DNA of 64,000 nucleotides from Tubiluchus corallicola (Eukaryota; Animalia; Priapulida). The notes beneath the pieces are model-generated. The model saw only the letters and a program-made list of their open reading frames with translations, had not been told where the DNA came from and did no database searches. Shown one piece after another: positions 1 through 11,802 of the stretch. Numbering within the stretch: the first letter of the stretch is position 1; the number at the start of each line of letters is the position of its first letter. The translations under genes were made by a program, and so were the position numbers. The stretch is from contig JAQGDQ010000565.1 in assembly GCA_030141605.1 (NCBI GenBank), forward strand, positions 62,001 to 126,000. Direction: 5' to 3'.

Positions 1-46
1 CACACACACACGCACGCACACACACACACACGCACGCACACACACG

Positions 47-78
<32 letters not shown>

Positions 79-144
79 CATATACACTAGTAAATACATA
101 GATACACACACACGCACGCACGCACGCACGCACGCACACACACG

Positions 145-188
<44 letters not shown>

Positions 189-229
189 CACACATATATA
201 TATATACATATACACTAGTAAATACATAG

Positions 230-282
<53 letters not shown>
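1..282. repeat. (CA)n/(CACG)n/(TA)n compound microsatellite
   Basis: Visible dinucleotide runs; explains ORF 87..281. Confidence 0.95.
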
Positions 283-284
<2 letters not shown>

Positions 285-599
285 ACATTATATACAATAG
301 TAAATACATACATATATATATATGTATGTATATACTACAAATAACCTAATGTATATAAATTAATGTAAGCATTGTAATTTTACTAAGATTTTTAAATATA
401 CCGTAATTGCCACATATAAACACCGATCTATATATGTATATAAAAACTTATAAAACTGTTTTTATATGTTTTGGTAAAATTCAACAAGTTTATTTAAAAT
501 GCAAATAAGTCGACGTACCAAAACACGAATAGATAATTTTTAGCATTGTAATACGAATGGAATGGAATGTAATATCTTGCCTTTAACTATGCGAAAGTA

Positions 600-1054
600 A
601 TAAATTATTGCATTTTAATTAAAAACTTTTCGCAAGCAGCTTAGCAGATGTTAAGAACCTTGGCTTTGAGCACTGCAGTAACAAGGAAAACGTCACTTAC
701 TTTTCGGTTTGTAAATCCAGCTGCTTAATACATCCATTCAGTTTCATGTCAAAGTTGAATTTACTAGGTACGTATACTGAGGTTGAATTAGTTACATGAA
801 CTTCTTGGCCTGGGGTCACTAAACTTGCACAGTGATAATTATCTTTTAAGATTCACTAGTTTGGATAAAAGTATTAAGTTGTAACTGCGATAAGACTAGA
901 GACAGAATCCATGTTGATGACCTTGCTTTAGGGTGATTCTTTCTGAACACCTCATAAAATTGCGAGATCAATCAAACTTCGATCTCTGATTATCAGAGAG
1001 TTACCGAAACTTGATCACGTGTTGTTGAAAACCGATGATTTAATAATAAAAAGA
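600..1054 (-). mobile_element. Helitron-like 5' segment (copy A), homologous to 9803-10296
   Basis: Aligns by eye with 9803-10296 (aaattattgcattttaattaa...gttaagaa.cttggctttg...aaaaccgat.atttaataat.aaaaga). On minus it starts TCTTTTTATTATTAAA, an AT-rich TC start typical of Helitrons. Confidence 0.5.
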
Positions 1055-1090
1055 CTAGCAAAGGCCCCGCAAAAGATTTTGCGCATAAAT
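1055..1090 (-). mobile_element. Helitron-like 3' terminus (hairpin plus CTAG)
   Basis: Minus strand reads cgcaaaa-tc-ttttgcg (1083-1068), about 9 nt, then CTAG (1058-1055), directly abutting the TC start of copy A. Confidence 0.55.
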
Positions 1091-1594
1091 ACACTTATAA
1101 TATAAAATACGCGAACATCCTACATAGTCCTCGTTTACACGTTTTACACGACAAATGTAGACACAGGAAAATTCAAATGTCACTTAGGTAAGTCAAATGT
1201 AGACATGTCGATGAAAAGATTAAACCAAATTCAAATTGTATTTTATGGCCATGGTGCTATCGGCAGCATCAATTTTTATTATATTTAATTAATTTGCAAC
1301 TATTTGTATGGACGTTAATACATTTTCCAAATGTAACGAAAATTTTTATTTGATAAGAACACTTGAAAGTGTTGTACATGAATAAGTTAACAATTATACA
1401 ATTATTAATATATACACCATTCTACATTTTATTTGTCAACGTTTTACAAAAAGATTTTTTTGAATGATTAATGAAATCTGCAAAATTAAACTTGTAATCA
1501 ATGCTCAAGAGCAGCATTTTAAATATATACTACCGCTGACTCATGAACAATAAATAAACAACAAACATGAACAAAAATTTGATATGAACAAGAT

Positions 1595-3804
1595 TTACAT
1601 CAGAATATCATCGTAGGTTAAGCAGCGTGGTACATACTGCTGCATATGCCGAAAATAATTGGCTGCATCTGCGGGCGTTATGATATTCACAGACTGTTCT
1701 GCTAACTGAGCTAATGTTGCCATTCTCTTACCGTGATTTTGCACTAGCAGATTTTCTCTCATATCTGCAAGAAGACGCTTCGTTTCAGCCTTCCACTGAC
1801 TGAATACGTTCTCGACAATATTTAAAAAGGGAGAATCAGGAGGAAGCCTCTTAATTTGAATTGGTAGGCGCAAATCTGGCTGCAAGGCTGCTCCTCTGTG
1901 AGCAGGTGCATTGTCAAAAACGAAAAATTTTCTCCCGACCATCGTCATGCAGGTTATCTGTTGCGTCTTGAAGAAATGCATTAAAACGTTCTCTGTTCAT
2001 TCCACCTTTTGTTAAGGAATGATATATCAGGCCATTTGTATTGCTTACTGCAAAAGTCATGGTAAGATTGCCTCCGCGACGACCAGCCACAACTCGCACG
2101 GCTCTTTGATCCTGTATTGCCCTTCCTCTCGTCCTCTTCATCCACAGGTTTATGCCCGCTTCGTCAATGAATATAATTTCACATTGCAAACCTCTCTCCA
2201 TCAACCAGTGTGCATAAAGAAAACGTTCGTGCTTCACTCTTTCACTCTTTCACTATTTCTATCCGCTACAGTGTCTTCTAACTTTTTCATTACAATCAGG
2301 CGCCCTTTTATAGATTTTACACGTTAAATGTAGACCTGCGTTAACTCAAATGTAGATTTAGGTAATTCAAATGTGTCTTGGTAACTCAAACGTAGACTAT
2401 GGTAGTTCAAATGTGTTAACAATGCTTTTCAACAAATCTTAAGTGTTTTTGGTAAGTCAAATGTAGATACATGTCAAGTCAAATGTGACAATGGTATCTC
2501 AAATGTGGATAGGTGGTAAAGCTTAAGGATGTTAAATTTAATCTTCTTTAAATTTAATAATTGTTCTTACGTTAAAATAACAATGTTATAGGTTTACTAA
2601 TGTTCTGCAAACTTTACATACCATTGGAACTGTTAGAGAAAACAATACATTCCTAAAATGAACAATGTTTCTTTAGAGAAACTAATTCATTAATGCAGTG
2701 CTAATGCATTACTTAAAAAACTAATTAGTTATTCACTGTTCATTAGGAAGTGGGAACCGATTTATTCTTTTCTGCCGACATTTTTTGTAAAACGTTGACA
2801 AATAAAATGTAGAATTGGTGTATATATTAATAATTGTATAATTGTTAACTTATTTATGTACAACACTTTTAAGTGTTCTTATCAAATAAACATTTTCTTT
2901 ATATTTGAAAAATGTATTAACGTCCATACAAATAGTTGCAAATTAATTAAATATAATAAAAATTGATGCTGCCGATAGCACCATGACCATAAAATATAAT
3001 TTTAATTTGGTTTTCTCTTTTTGTAATTTGCACTTAAATGAGCTAATTACCGATTTATTCAAAGTACCACATCTACATTACCTAAGTCACGTTTGAGTTA
3101 CCAAAACACATTCGAAATTCCTATGTCTACATTTGACTTACCTAAGTCACATTTGAGTTACCAAAACACATTCGAAATTCCTATGTCTACATTTGACTTA
3201 CCTAAGTCACGTTTGAACTTTCCTGTGTCTACATTTGACTTACCTAAGTCACATTTGAACTTTCCTGTGTCTACATTTGACTTACCAAAACACATTCCAA
3301 ATTCAAATTCTATGTCTACATTTGACTTACCTAAGTCACATTTGAGTTACCAAAACACATTCGAAATTCCTATGTCTACATTTGACTTACCTAAGTCACG
3401 TTTGAACTTTCCTGTGTCTACATTTGACTTACCTAAGTCACGTTTGAACTTTCCTGTGTCTACATTTGCCGTGTAAAACCTATAACACATTAGCTAACGT
3501 TGAACGGGATATGCGTTGTTTCTCAGGCATGTCTCGGCGCATAGACGCAATGATTAGCTCTAGCGTAAATTCTGGATGAGTTTCTATAATATTAACAGCA
3601 TAGTCTCCCAATTCTTCACCGACGAGATTTCTTCTGAAGCCGCCAAGTAGTTTGACAATTCTACCCTCCAGTGCTCTCTTAATAATAGCCCAAGCATTTG
3701 ATTTTTTTATACTGTTGCCGTGCAAGATGTAAGTAATCATCACCTCTTTCGTAACTTTGAAAAATGCGTTGTTTATCCTGAAACGAAATTCTTTGATAAA
3801 CCAT
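1595..3804 (-). pseudogene. DDE transposase pseudogene (Tc1/IS630 family)
   Basis: ATG at 3804 (MVYQRISFQDKQRI..., HTH-like). Motifs IIFIDEAG, FVFDNAPAH and PPDSPFLNIVENVFSQWK in ORF pieces 3480..3743, 1914..2237 and 1595..1981. Several frameshifts plus an insertion at 2311-3482. Confidence 0.9.
2311..3482 (+). mobile_element. Non-autonomous internal-deletion derivative (MITE) of the host Tc1-like element, inverted, TA TSD
   Basis: 2311-2782 is the reverse complement of about 3806-4291; about 2783-3010 is the reverse complement of about 1225-1455. TA flanks both sides (2309-2310, 3483-3484). Confidence 0.85.
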
Positions 3805-4419
3805 AATGTCGGCAGAAAAGAATAAATCGGTTCCCACTTCCCAATGAACAGTGAATCACTAATTATTTTTTACGTAATGCATTAGCACTGCGTTAATGAA
3901 TTAGTTTCTCTCAAGAAACATTGTTTATTTTAAGAATGCATTGTTTTCTCTAACAGTTCCAGTGGTATGTAAAGTTTGCAGAATATTAGTGAACTATTAG
4001 TAGACCTATAACGTTGTTATTTTAAATTAGGGGCGATTATTAAATTGAAATTAAAGAAGATTAAATTTAACATCCTTAAACTTTACCACCTATCCACATT
4101 TGAGATACCAATGTCACATTTGTCTTGACATGTGTCTACATTTGACTTACCAAAAGCGCTCAAGATTTGTTGAAAACCATTGTTAACACATTTGAACTAC
4201 CTAAGTCTACATTTGAGTTACCACGACACATTTGAACTACCTAAGTCTACATTTGAGTTAACGCAGGTATACATTTTACATGTAAAACCTATATAACGCA
4301 AAGCCAGTAGTTTTACTGAATTAAGGTTATAAGGTTATAAGCAGAATATAATGGATGACGTCAGAACAATGGCTTTGCGTCAGCAGTTTTCCAAGCGAAA
4401 ATCGTGCAAAATGGAACCT

Positions 4420-4790
4420 CCAATCTTGAAATTTGATCTTTGTTGCTGGCGCTTGGCATGCCCAGTTTCAAGCGTAAAGGAGATACTAGGTGAGTCTTGA
4501 AATCTTGAAATTTGATCTCTCTTGTTGGCTTGGCATGCCCAATTTCAAGCATAATACTGCGAGGAGATACTAGGTGAGTCTTGAAATCTTGAAATTTGAT
4601 CTCTGCTGTTGGCTTGGCATGCCCAATTTCAAGCATAATACTGTGAGGAGATACTAGGTGAGTCTTGAAATCTTGAAATTTGATCTCTGCTGTTGGCTTG
4701 GCATGCCCAATTTCAAGCATAATACTGTGAGGAGATACTAGGTGAGTCTTGAAATCTTGAAATTTGATCTTTGTTGCTAACTTGGCCTTC
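4420..4790. repeat. 84-bp minisatellite, about 4 copies
   Basis: Repeated unit gaggagatactaggtgagtcttgaaatcttgaaatttgatctc...aagcataatactgt; explains ORF 4361..4720. Confidence 0.9.
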
Positions 4791-5044
4791 CTGTGAGGTA
4801 GGACTCATGTTTTGTTAGGTCAATCCATGATGGATCTCATAAAGGCATCATTTGCCATCCTCTTTTTTTGGTAAGTTTTGTGTAGTTGTAGCGCACATTA
4901 GATTGTTTTACAAAAAAGCTGCAACAAGTTTACCTATGTGACGCCAATGTAAGGAACGAATTATTGAATCACTAAACTGTAGCTGCTTGGCATTAATTAG
5001 TATTATTAACAATTAAAAACTGTTTCACCTAATTAGTCTTTTTA

Positions 5045-8000
5045 TTACCCAAAACGATTCATGGTTTCATTATAAACTTTTAGACCAAAAAAGTCTTTAA
5101 ATGTGTACAGCAAAGTTGACAACACTTCTTTCATGTCTGGCCTCCTCTCTGCATCCAACCGACACTTCTCTTTTAGCAATTTCAGCATCTTTTGTATCAA
5201 AGCTGTGCGCTTCAGATTCCCAAGGAAATGATTCAGAACTGAAGGAACTTTCCAAATATCTAGCTGTTTCTGATGTCGAGATACGGAATCAATACAATCG
5301 ATATCATCTTTATCCCTGCAATGCGAATTCTTGTATTTTTTGAACTCTGGGGCCAAAAATCTTTTATATTTCTGAAATGATCTTCGAAGCCATCTAAGAT
5401 ATGGGTCCAATCCCAGCTTGTAGGTGTGGTCAAGGTCAGCCAAGATGATTCTAAGGTCATCAGTGATCAAGTACTGTGAAGCCAGTTTTTTCATCGAGTT
5501 TGTATCAGGCGTAAAATAACCAAAGCTGTACAGGTACATCTGTGTCATAACATAATCAATGCACATGCGCAGACGTATCTTTGCTTCTTCTTTTTCTTCT
5601 AGTCCGAGTTTATTAAACACAGATTTGACTTTCCTAGAGTCTGAGAATGGAAAGTATGGCAAGACTAGATTTCTCGTTTCGTTGCAGAAACCTGCTAGCT
5701 GTACGAGACGTGCGTTTGGTGGGAATAGTTTGTAATTATGCAAAATATCATTCCAGAAGTGGTTACTAATATTCCTCATGGCTGCAACCAGAAGAGTATA
5801 TTTGTCCCACTTGACTTTGTAAAACTGCAATAAAACAAGTGGAAACAAATTTGCAGTATTTGATGCAAGAGCAGAAAATTTTCAACCTTAAAAAGGGACC
5901 AACAAATCAATTTGAATGGAATCTTTCTTAGTCCCGACAAATAATTTTGGCGCCACGTGCAGCAAGTACCTAAACAAAGCCTTGTCTGACTACACTTCAA
6001 AAAAATTAATAGTAAATAAATAAATAAAATAAATCAAAACTATTAGCAAATTTTAAAAGTTTTTATGATGTCGCTTAGTAATTGGAAAAGATGAAATCAA
6101 ATTCTAACTAAACATTTATTAATCAGACACGAATAGGTCGATTAATTGGCTACTTAATTGCAATCAGTGTGGAAGTAATCAATTCTTGTTGATGTCCAGG
6201 TAAGCGACACTACCTACATTTCAGTTCAGATATAACAACACCCAACAAGTCTTTCTTCACTCTTAGTTAAGCAGCCTTGTAGTCGCAGGGTTCGTACTCT
6301 AACGACCAAAGTTAAGCAAAACTGAGCCTAGTTGGTAAACAAAAGAGTAACTATTAGGAACACTGCTTCTGAGCAGTAACCTCATCTGCTACTGCCTCCC
6401 AGTGTTATTCCGATAGACCTGTTGCCAATTTTTGCGAAAAATGTGCTATCTGTTCAGTAGCTGATTTCGAGGAAAATAAAAAATAGCTATCAGTTCGGTA
6501 TCCTTTTCGAGGAAATTCAAAAGATCGGTGTCATCACATTGATGGAGACCGTATTTGTATCAGTACACCGCTGCGAATTTGGTGTCTTAGTTTTACAGAA
6601 TTGACCTCGAGCGGAGTTAGATTCTGTTTTTACAACAAGTGAGACCTTTTTTGAGTTCTAGCTCCAGGGTTGAGGGGTGCCAAATTGTCAGAAATGAACT
6701 TCTAATAAACATTTTGAAACTGAACAGTTAGTACATTATAGTGTAATTTATTTAGACCGGCATCCATCTTGAAAATGTCGTTATGGCAATTTAAGTGCTT
6801 TAAAAACATCATTTCACTATATACTAACTATTGCGAGATGATGCAGCACAATAATGCAATAGAAACTAGCATGCTAGCTATTTCGTGTGTATACTTTAGT
6901 CTGTAGACTAGAGTCTTTCATTTACTTACGTTCTTCACAAACCCTCCTGAAGTCTCAAAATTTGTTTTCGTTTCCATTATTTGGTGAATTTCCTCGCATC
7001 TCAGTAACTTGTGGCACTTTGTCATGTTAGCCAATGAAAAATATCCCGGATGGCACAACAAAAAACATTCAGTTGCATTAGTCACGTAACTCCATGAACA
7101 ATGAACCTTGTCTAAAAAATATAAAAATGATACCTTCAAATTTAAGCCTACTACCTGTTTTAATTTTCAAAGCAACAAAACGTGATGGATTGTTATGTTA
7201 ATCTTTCGCTGTTTCACACAACAACAAAATTGATTTGTTGTTAACAGTCTAGATAAAGCCTCTATTAGTGTTTTATTACTGCAGTTGAATCAAGCAGACT
7301 AGGCATTCAAGGAAGTCATCTACAGTTTATATCATCTTATCTATCTGAATGATCTCGGTATGTAAGCATTGTGGGTAACACATCTAAAACATTCTCTTTG
7401 GCTCACAGGGATCTGTTCTAGGACCATCCCTTTTTACGATATTCTACAGCTTGTGTCATCTTATTTATCTGAACGATCTCAGTGTGTAAGCATTGTGGGT
7501 AAGACTTCTAAACCGTTCTCCTTCGATCACAAGGTGCATGACTATATCATTGTTTTACTAGAGCAGTTATACTGGTACCTATCCATTATAGAGCACATTT
7601 CAAATTGCCAACAATAGTAAATATTACCTCACCGTTTTCCAGTCTCAGTTTTTTTTGCTAAACGTTTAGCAAAAATTCTTTGACATTGCATACAATTATG
7701 CTAATGTCTTGATTTCTTTTTTCAAACACGTAGCTCTGTCCTACCTGCTCTGTCCGATACCAGTGAACGTGGTGGTTTAATGTATGAGGTTTCGGTAACT
7801 GACTTCTGGCATGTTGCATTGGAACAGTCCAATTTCGCTGTCTCGAAAGTGGTTACTTTCGTAAGGCTGTGCTGACGCTCTAAAGAATCAGAAGTAAAAC
7901 AGATCGTTGAAAACCAAAGAACAAATATAAGTTAAAATGCACTTTTCCACGAGTGGCAGTGCATAGAATTCTCAATTACAATTTAGCACATTATCATTAT

Positions 8001-9063
8001 AGAAACCCAGGGGGGGAAAGTAATAATTACAATCCCACAATTACGTGCTTAAAATAATGTGCCGCCAACGGCTGAAAACGACTGTATCAATCAACAGTCG
8101 TTAAAATCTCAGATAGAAAACGTACTGGATTCTCATCGGAACGCGGTGAATGAGAATTCCACCCGTCCTTCCGGAGAAAAACTGGTCCCAACATAGAGAA
8201 GGGTCCCAAAAAATTAGGAACGCTAAATACTTTATGCCCAGTAATACCAAAATCAACACTAAATTTAACCAATTTCATGCAAGATTAATAATTGAAATGG
8301 ATTTTTATTCGGCTTTCAAAAACGGCTCGTTTCTTCAAGAAATTAATTAATATTGATTTCTGTTGATAAACGGTGAAACAATTAGGAAAACAATTAAAAT
8401 TAATCAGGAATAATAAAATCAATAAAATATTAAAAACGCGTCTGTATCTACATCTATAACTTTTACATCTAACGGGATAAAACACAAGAAAACACACTTC
8501 ATATTGATAACATCTATAATTAAAAGTAACATTTGTAGTTAAGTAATCAATTGCATTACGAAAAAAATGGATCTTCATGATGTGCAACATCACGACCGCC
8601 ATGCTATCTTGGAGTTCGACCAACTGAGTCGAATTCAGTCCAACGCTACAGTGTTACGTTAGCGAAACGCTATTTATTTTCGACCCCACCCCTCTAAATT
8701 GTGATGGTCTCGCCCGTACGTTGAATGCCAGGTATAAAACCCTCGCTATTGAATGGCCTCGTTGATTCAGCAGGTAAACGAACAGCACCTGTTCAACAGA
8801 CACAACCAGCCTGAAGTACACAGGACAAGTTTACTAGCAAGTTTACTTCTACAAATCTCTGTCTGACTTTACAAAGTTTGCATCATCCTGGCAGTGAACC
8901 CGTTCTACTTGGCCTCCGAAATATCAGGGAACAACCTGTCAAGGGAACCAGCTTATTTTTACTCACCAAAATGCGATGCTGTTATAAACAGTCCAGCAAC
9001 CATCGCACCCATAAAACCATAAAAACTGGCTCTCCATAGAAAAATGAGCAGTCTTTGGTTCAT
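5045..9063 (-). CDS. POMK: Protein O-mannose kinase (POMK/SGK196)-like, about 397 aa; exons 9063-8967, 7879-7745, 7111-6930, 5824-5045
   Basis: Exon 1 MNQRLLIFLWRASFYGFMGAMVAGLFITASHF gives a type II anchor. Exon 3 CHPGYFSLANMTKCHKLLRCEEI...GGFVKN resembles POMK CPxGxF...C...LSCEE...GxGxVKR. Exon 4 has IDYV, PDTNSMKKLASQYLIT, ADLD, FLAPE, LDIWKVP, ERRP. All introns are GT-AG with phases 1,1,0 in register; total 1194 nt. Orthologue versus paralogue is unresolved. Confidence 0.85.
6285..6370 (+). mobile_element. Degenerate 5S rRNA-like fragment (possible SINE head)
   Basis: accaaagttaagcaa...gcctagttggta resembles the 5S internal control region; heavily diverged. Confidence 0.3.
7330..7540 (+). 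mobile_element. Non-LTR retrotransposon RT fragment in a POMK-like intron
   Basis: LVSSYLSERSQCVSIVG resembles the CR1/L2-type SYLSxRxQxV RT motif; locally duplicated. Confidence 0.5.
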
Positions 9064-9802
9064 TATGGTCTGAAAGTCCACGAAGGAAGATATTTATCCG
9101 ACCAGATCCAAAAACAACAGAAGAAAAATCGACGAAGACACAAGAAACATACAGCAAATTGATGTTTTCATGAGACGCCTACAACAAAGACTGATAATCA
9201 GAAATTGGACCTTTCTCAAATCAAATGATTCACAGCAGCTAGCCTCAGACATGAGAATGTTGACAAAAAATGCAACTATATACACCTCTATGGCTTGTTC
9301 GAGTATGTTACATAAAATGTATCTTTCCTTGTACCAAACTTTCTCTGTCCCGAATTTTCCTAATATCAAACGTACAATTTGTTCCACCACTGTAAATTCC
9401 TGACGATTCGTTACCACCACCAGTACCATATTTTCTCTGTATCAAATTTTCTCCAAAATACCTAGTACAAAATTTCTTCGTATACAGAAAGTCCTCCTTA
9501 ACGCGCGTTTCGTTTTAACGACCTGTCATTTACTTTTTTCGCGTAACGGCGTTTCACGCACTTTGCTAAAGGCAAGTTTTTATTTTATCGACAACATTTT
9601 TACCTAATTAAACAGTACAATAAAACATTTTTTCATCAAAACAGCGTATATTGCAATATTCTGTTCTAAAAATGTATTAATAACGTAAACAGTGTAATTA
9701 TTGTACTGTACCAAACATACCGTGCAGTTCTTTGAATTTGGCAAACAGCTTACCACATACAAAAGCTCATGGCGTCATAGATAACAATACACATGAACGT
9801 AA

Positions 9803-10710
9803 AAAATTATTGCATTTTAATTAAGAACGTTTCGCAAATAGTTTACCAACTGTTAAGAATCTTGGCTTTGCGGCTGTAGTCATAGATAATACGCACCGTA
9901 ATATCTCAAAAAATGCCGCTTAGTAGGTCCCTTCTGTTTATAAATCCAGCCGCTTGATACACCCATTTAGTTTCACGCCAAAGTTGATATTAATAAGTGG
10001 CGTGCATTGTATTCTGAGGTTGTATTAGATTTATGAACTTCTGCTGTGAATACTGAAGTCAGGCCTGGGGCGGAAGCATTTAAAAATCGTTTAAAATTCA
10101 TCAGTAAAGAAACAAACGTTGAGAAAGAGTTGTACCTGCAGGAGTGCGACAGAATTCGTGTTGAAGACCTTGCCTTAGGGTGGTTCTGGTAGCTGAACTG
10201 CTCAAAGAATGGATTGCGGATTGCATAACCAATCAAAGAGGTACCAGGAAATGATCAGGTGTTGCTGAAAAAACCGATTATTTAATAATGAAAAGATATG
10301 GAGTAATCAAAACGCTGGTAGAAAATTTGGAAAAAATTGGGAGTTGGGTCCGGGAAAATGCCCGTAGCGAGCACTGATGGCCCTCTCGCGAAATCTAAAT
10401 ATGATTATTACACCGATCATTGAACGAGCTATTCAATCGTTACCAGCACAACCTGCGGCCTGTTCCGGATCTCTAGAAATGAGAAGTATAAGTTTTGCAA
10501 AAAATGGGCAAAAATGGCCATTTTTTGAGGTTTTTCGGTCTCCGTTCCTCCCGGTGAGCCCGATTCGAAAATAAGCCCCAGGTGCGAACCCTTGAGTGGA
10601 GACCTTTCATTTGACGTATAAGAATAGTGCTGTCGTCGGAGCTGTAGCCTTGTTGGTTATATTTCCATATATATATATATATATATATCAGCGAAATTAA
10701 TATAAAAGAT
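9803..10710 (-). mobile_element. Helitron-like 5' segment (copy B, TC start at 10296) plus a second TC-starting, (TA)n-containing segment starting at 10709
   Basis: Homology to 600-1054; minus-strand starts a|TCTTTTCATTATTAAA and a|TCTTTTATATTAAT. Confidence 0.45.
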
Positions 10711-11299
10711 ATTGAGTAATCAAAATCATAGTAAGAAGTCTCACTGTCAAGGGGTAGTCTGTTATGTAAGAGATTTCAGTTTCTATACGTGAAAGAGTTA
10801 ACTTTCAGGAATCAACATGGTGTTTATCCAGTTCAAACAGTCGTTTCGACACAGTCGTCATTTTCCAATGCTGGAAATGAAGCCAAAAGAAATAATTACT
10901 ACATTTGTGACACTGCAATTACCAAGTTAGTAGTATAAAAGTCAGTAGGATAGGTGGAGGAGCTGCACAAGCAGCCAACGCTAAAGGGCGCAGGAGGTCA
11001 AGTGACTCAACGATCATGTCTAGAGGAGCAAACCTTCCAAATCAGGAGTGGAGCCCCGAAGGCGGACCAGTCCAGTATGCTCACTGACTCCGGTAGCTCC
11101 TGCAGCCAATCTGGTGCCAAACGTATCGCTCCGCTTTCCTTTGGACTACACCAGGGAGGAAGAGAGGGGTTCCTGTTATCTGGGGAACTCATGATCTCCA
11201 TACACGTTGCCCAGGCGTGCGCCCTGCAGAGGCCATTCCAGCCACAGTCGACGCTGCAGCTTCATCAGTGTGATCAATAACTGACTCTCTAGGTGCACA

Positions 11300-11690
11300 C
11301 TACATTGTCTTCCGAGACAGAAGGATGCCAACCAACCGACCACTATAAAATCATTAGTAGTTAAAAACAACACAACTTTATTGAAACTGTTACATTAAAA
11401 AACAAAAGGTTAAAATCATGCTAAACGTTTCAACAGGCTGCTGCTGTCATCATCAGTTGTAAATTTACAAACTTACAACCAGAGCCTGTTATGCACCAAT
11501 TAAGTATTTAACAGAAGCCAAATTAGTGCTTATGTTACCTATCAATTTCTTTACTGGTCTGCTTAATCATCATTGCTTCTTTAGCTGCTTAATTAGTGCA
11601 TAACAGGCTCTGGTTGTAAAGTTTGTAAATGTACAACGGATGATGACAAAAGCAGCCTGTCGAAACGTTTGGCTTGATTTTAACAAATAT
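11300..11690. mobile_element. Penelope-like element remnant with inverted arms (11409-11518 / 11575-11684) carrying hammerhead-like motifs
   Basis: Inverted repeat of about 110 bp per arm. Minus strand has CTGATGA-t-gacag...ctgtt-GAAAC. Related pieces at 49600-49870, 54950-55050 and 55950-55985. Confidence 0.6.
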
Positions 11691-11802
11691 GTAAACATAT
11701 CGTTCTGCCTTAAGCACTTCTGGATCAGCATCCCTCTAGCTTGTACAGATTAACTGTTATGCTATTGACCAATGGCGAATCAGTAGGCAGACCTAGTTCA
11801 CC

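Larger units (their letters stand above)
1141..4291 (-). mobile_element. Tc1/mariner-IS630-like DNA transposon, degenerate, with nested MITE
   Basis: Termini gttttacacg...(1141) and ...tgtaaaaccta|TA (4291), subterminal short repeats, fragmented DDE transposase inside. The left end lacks the outer TAG/TA. Confidence 0.85.

Noticed and set aside
10925-11290. GC-richer segment with several short ORFs
   Set aside because: At best a very decayed LINE fragment; too weak to call.
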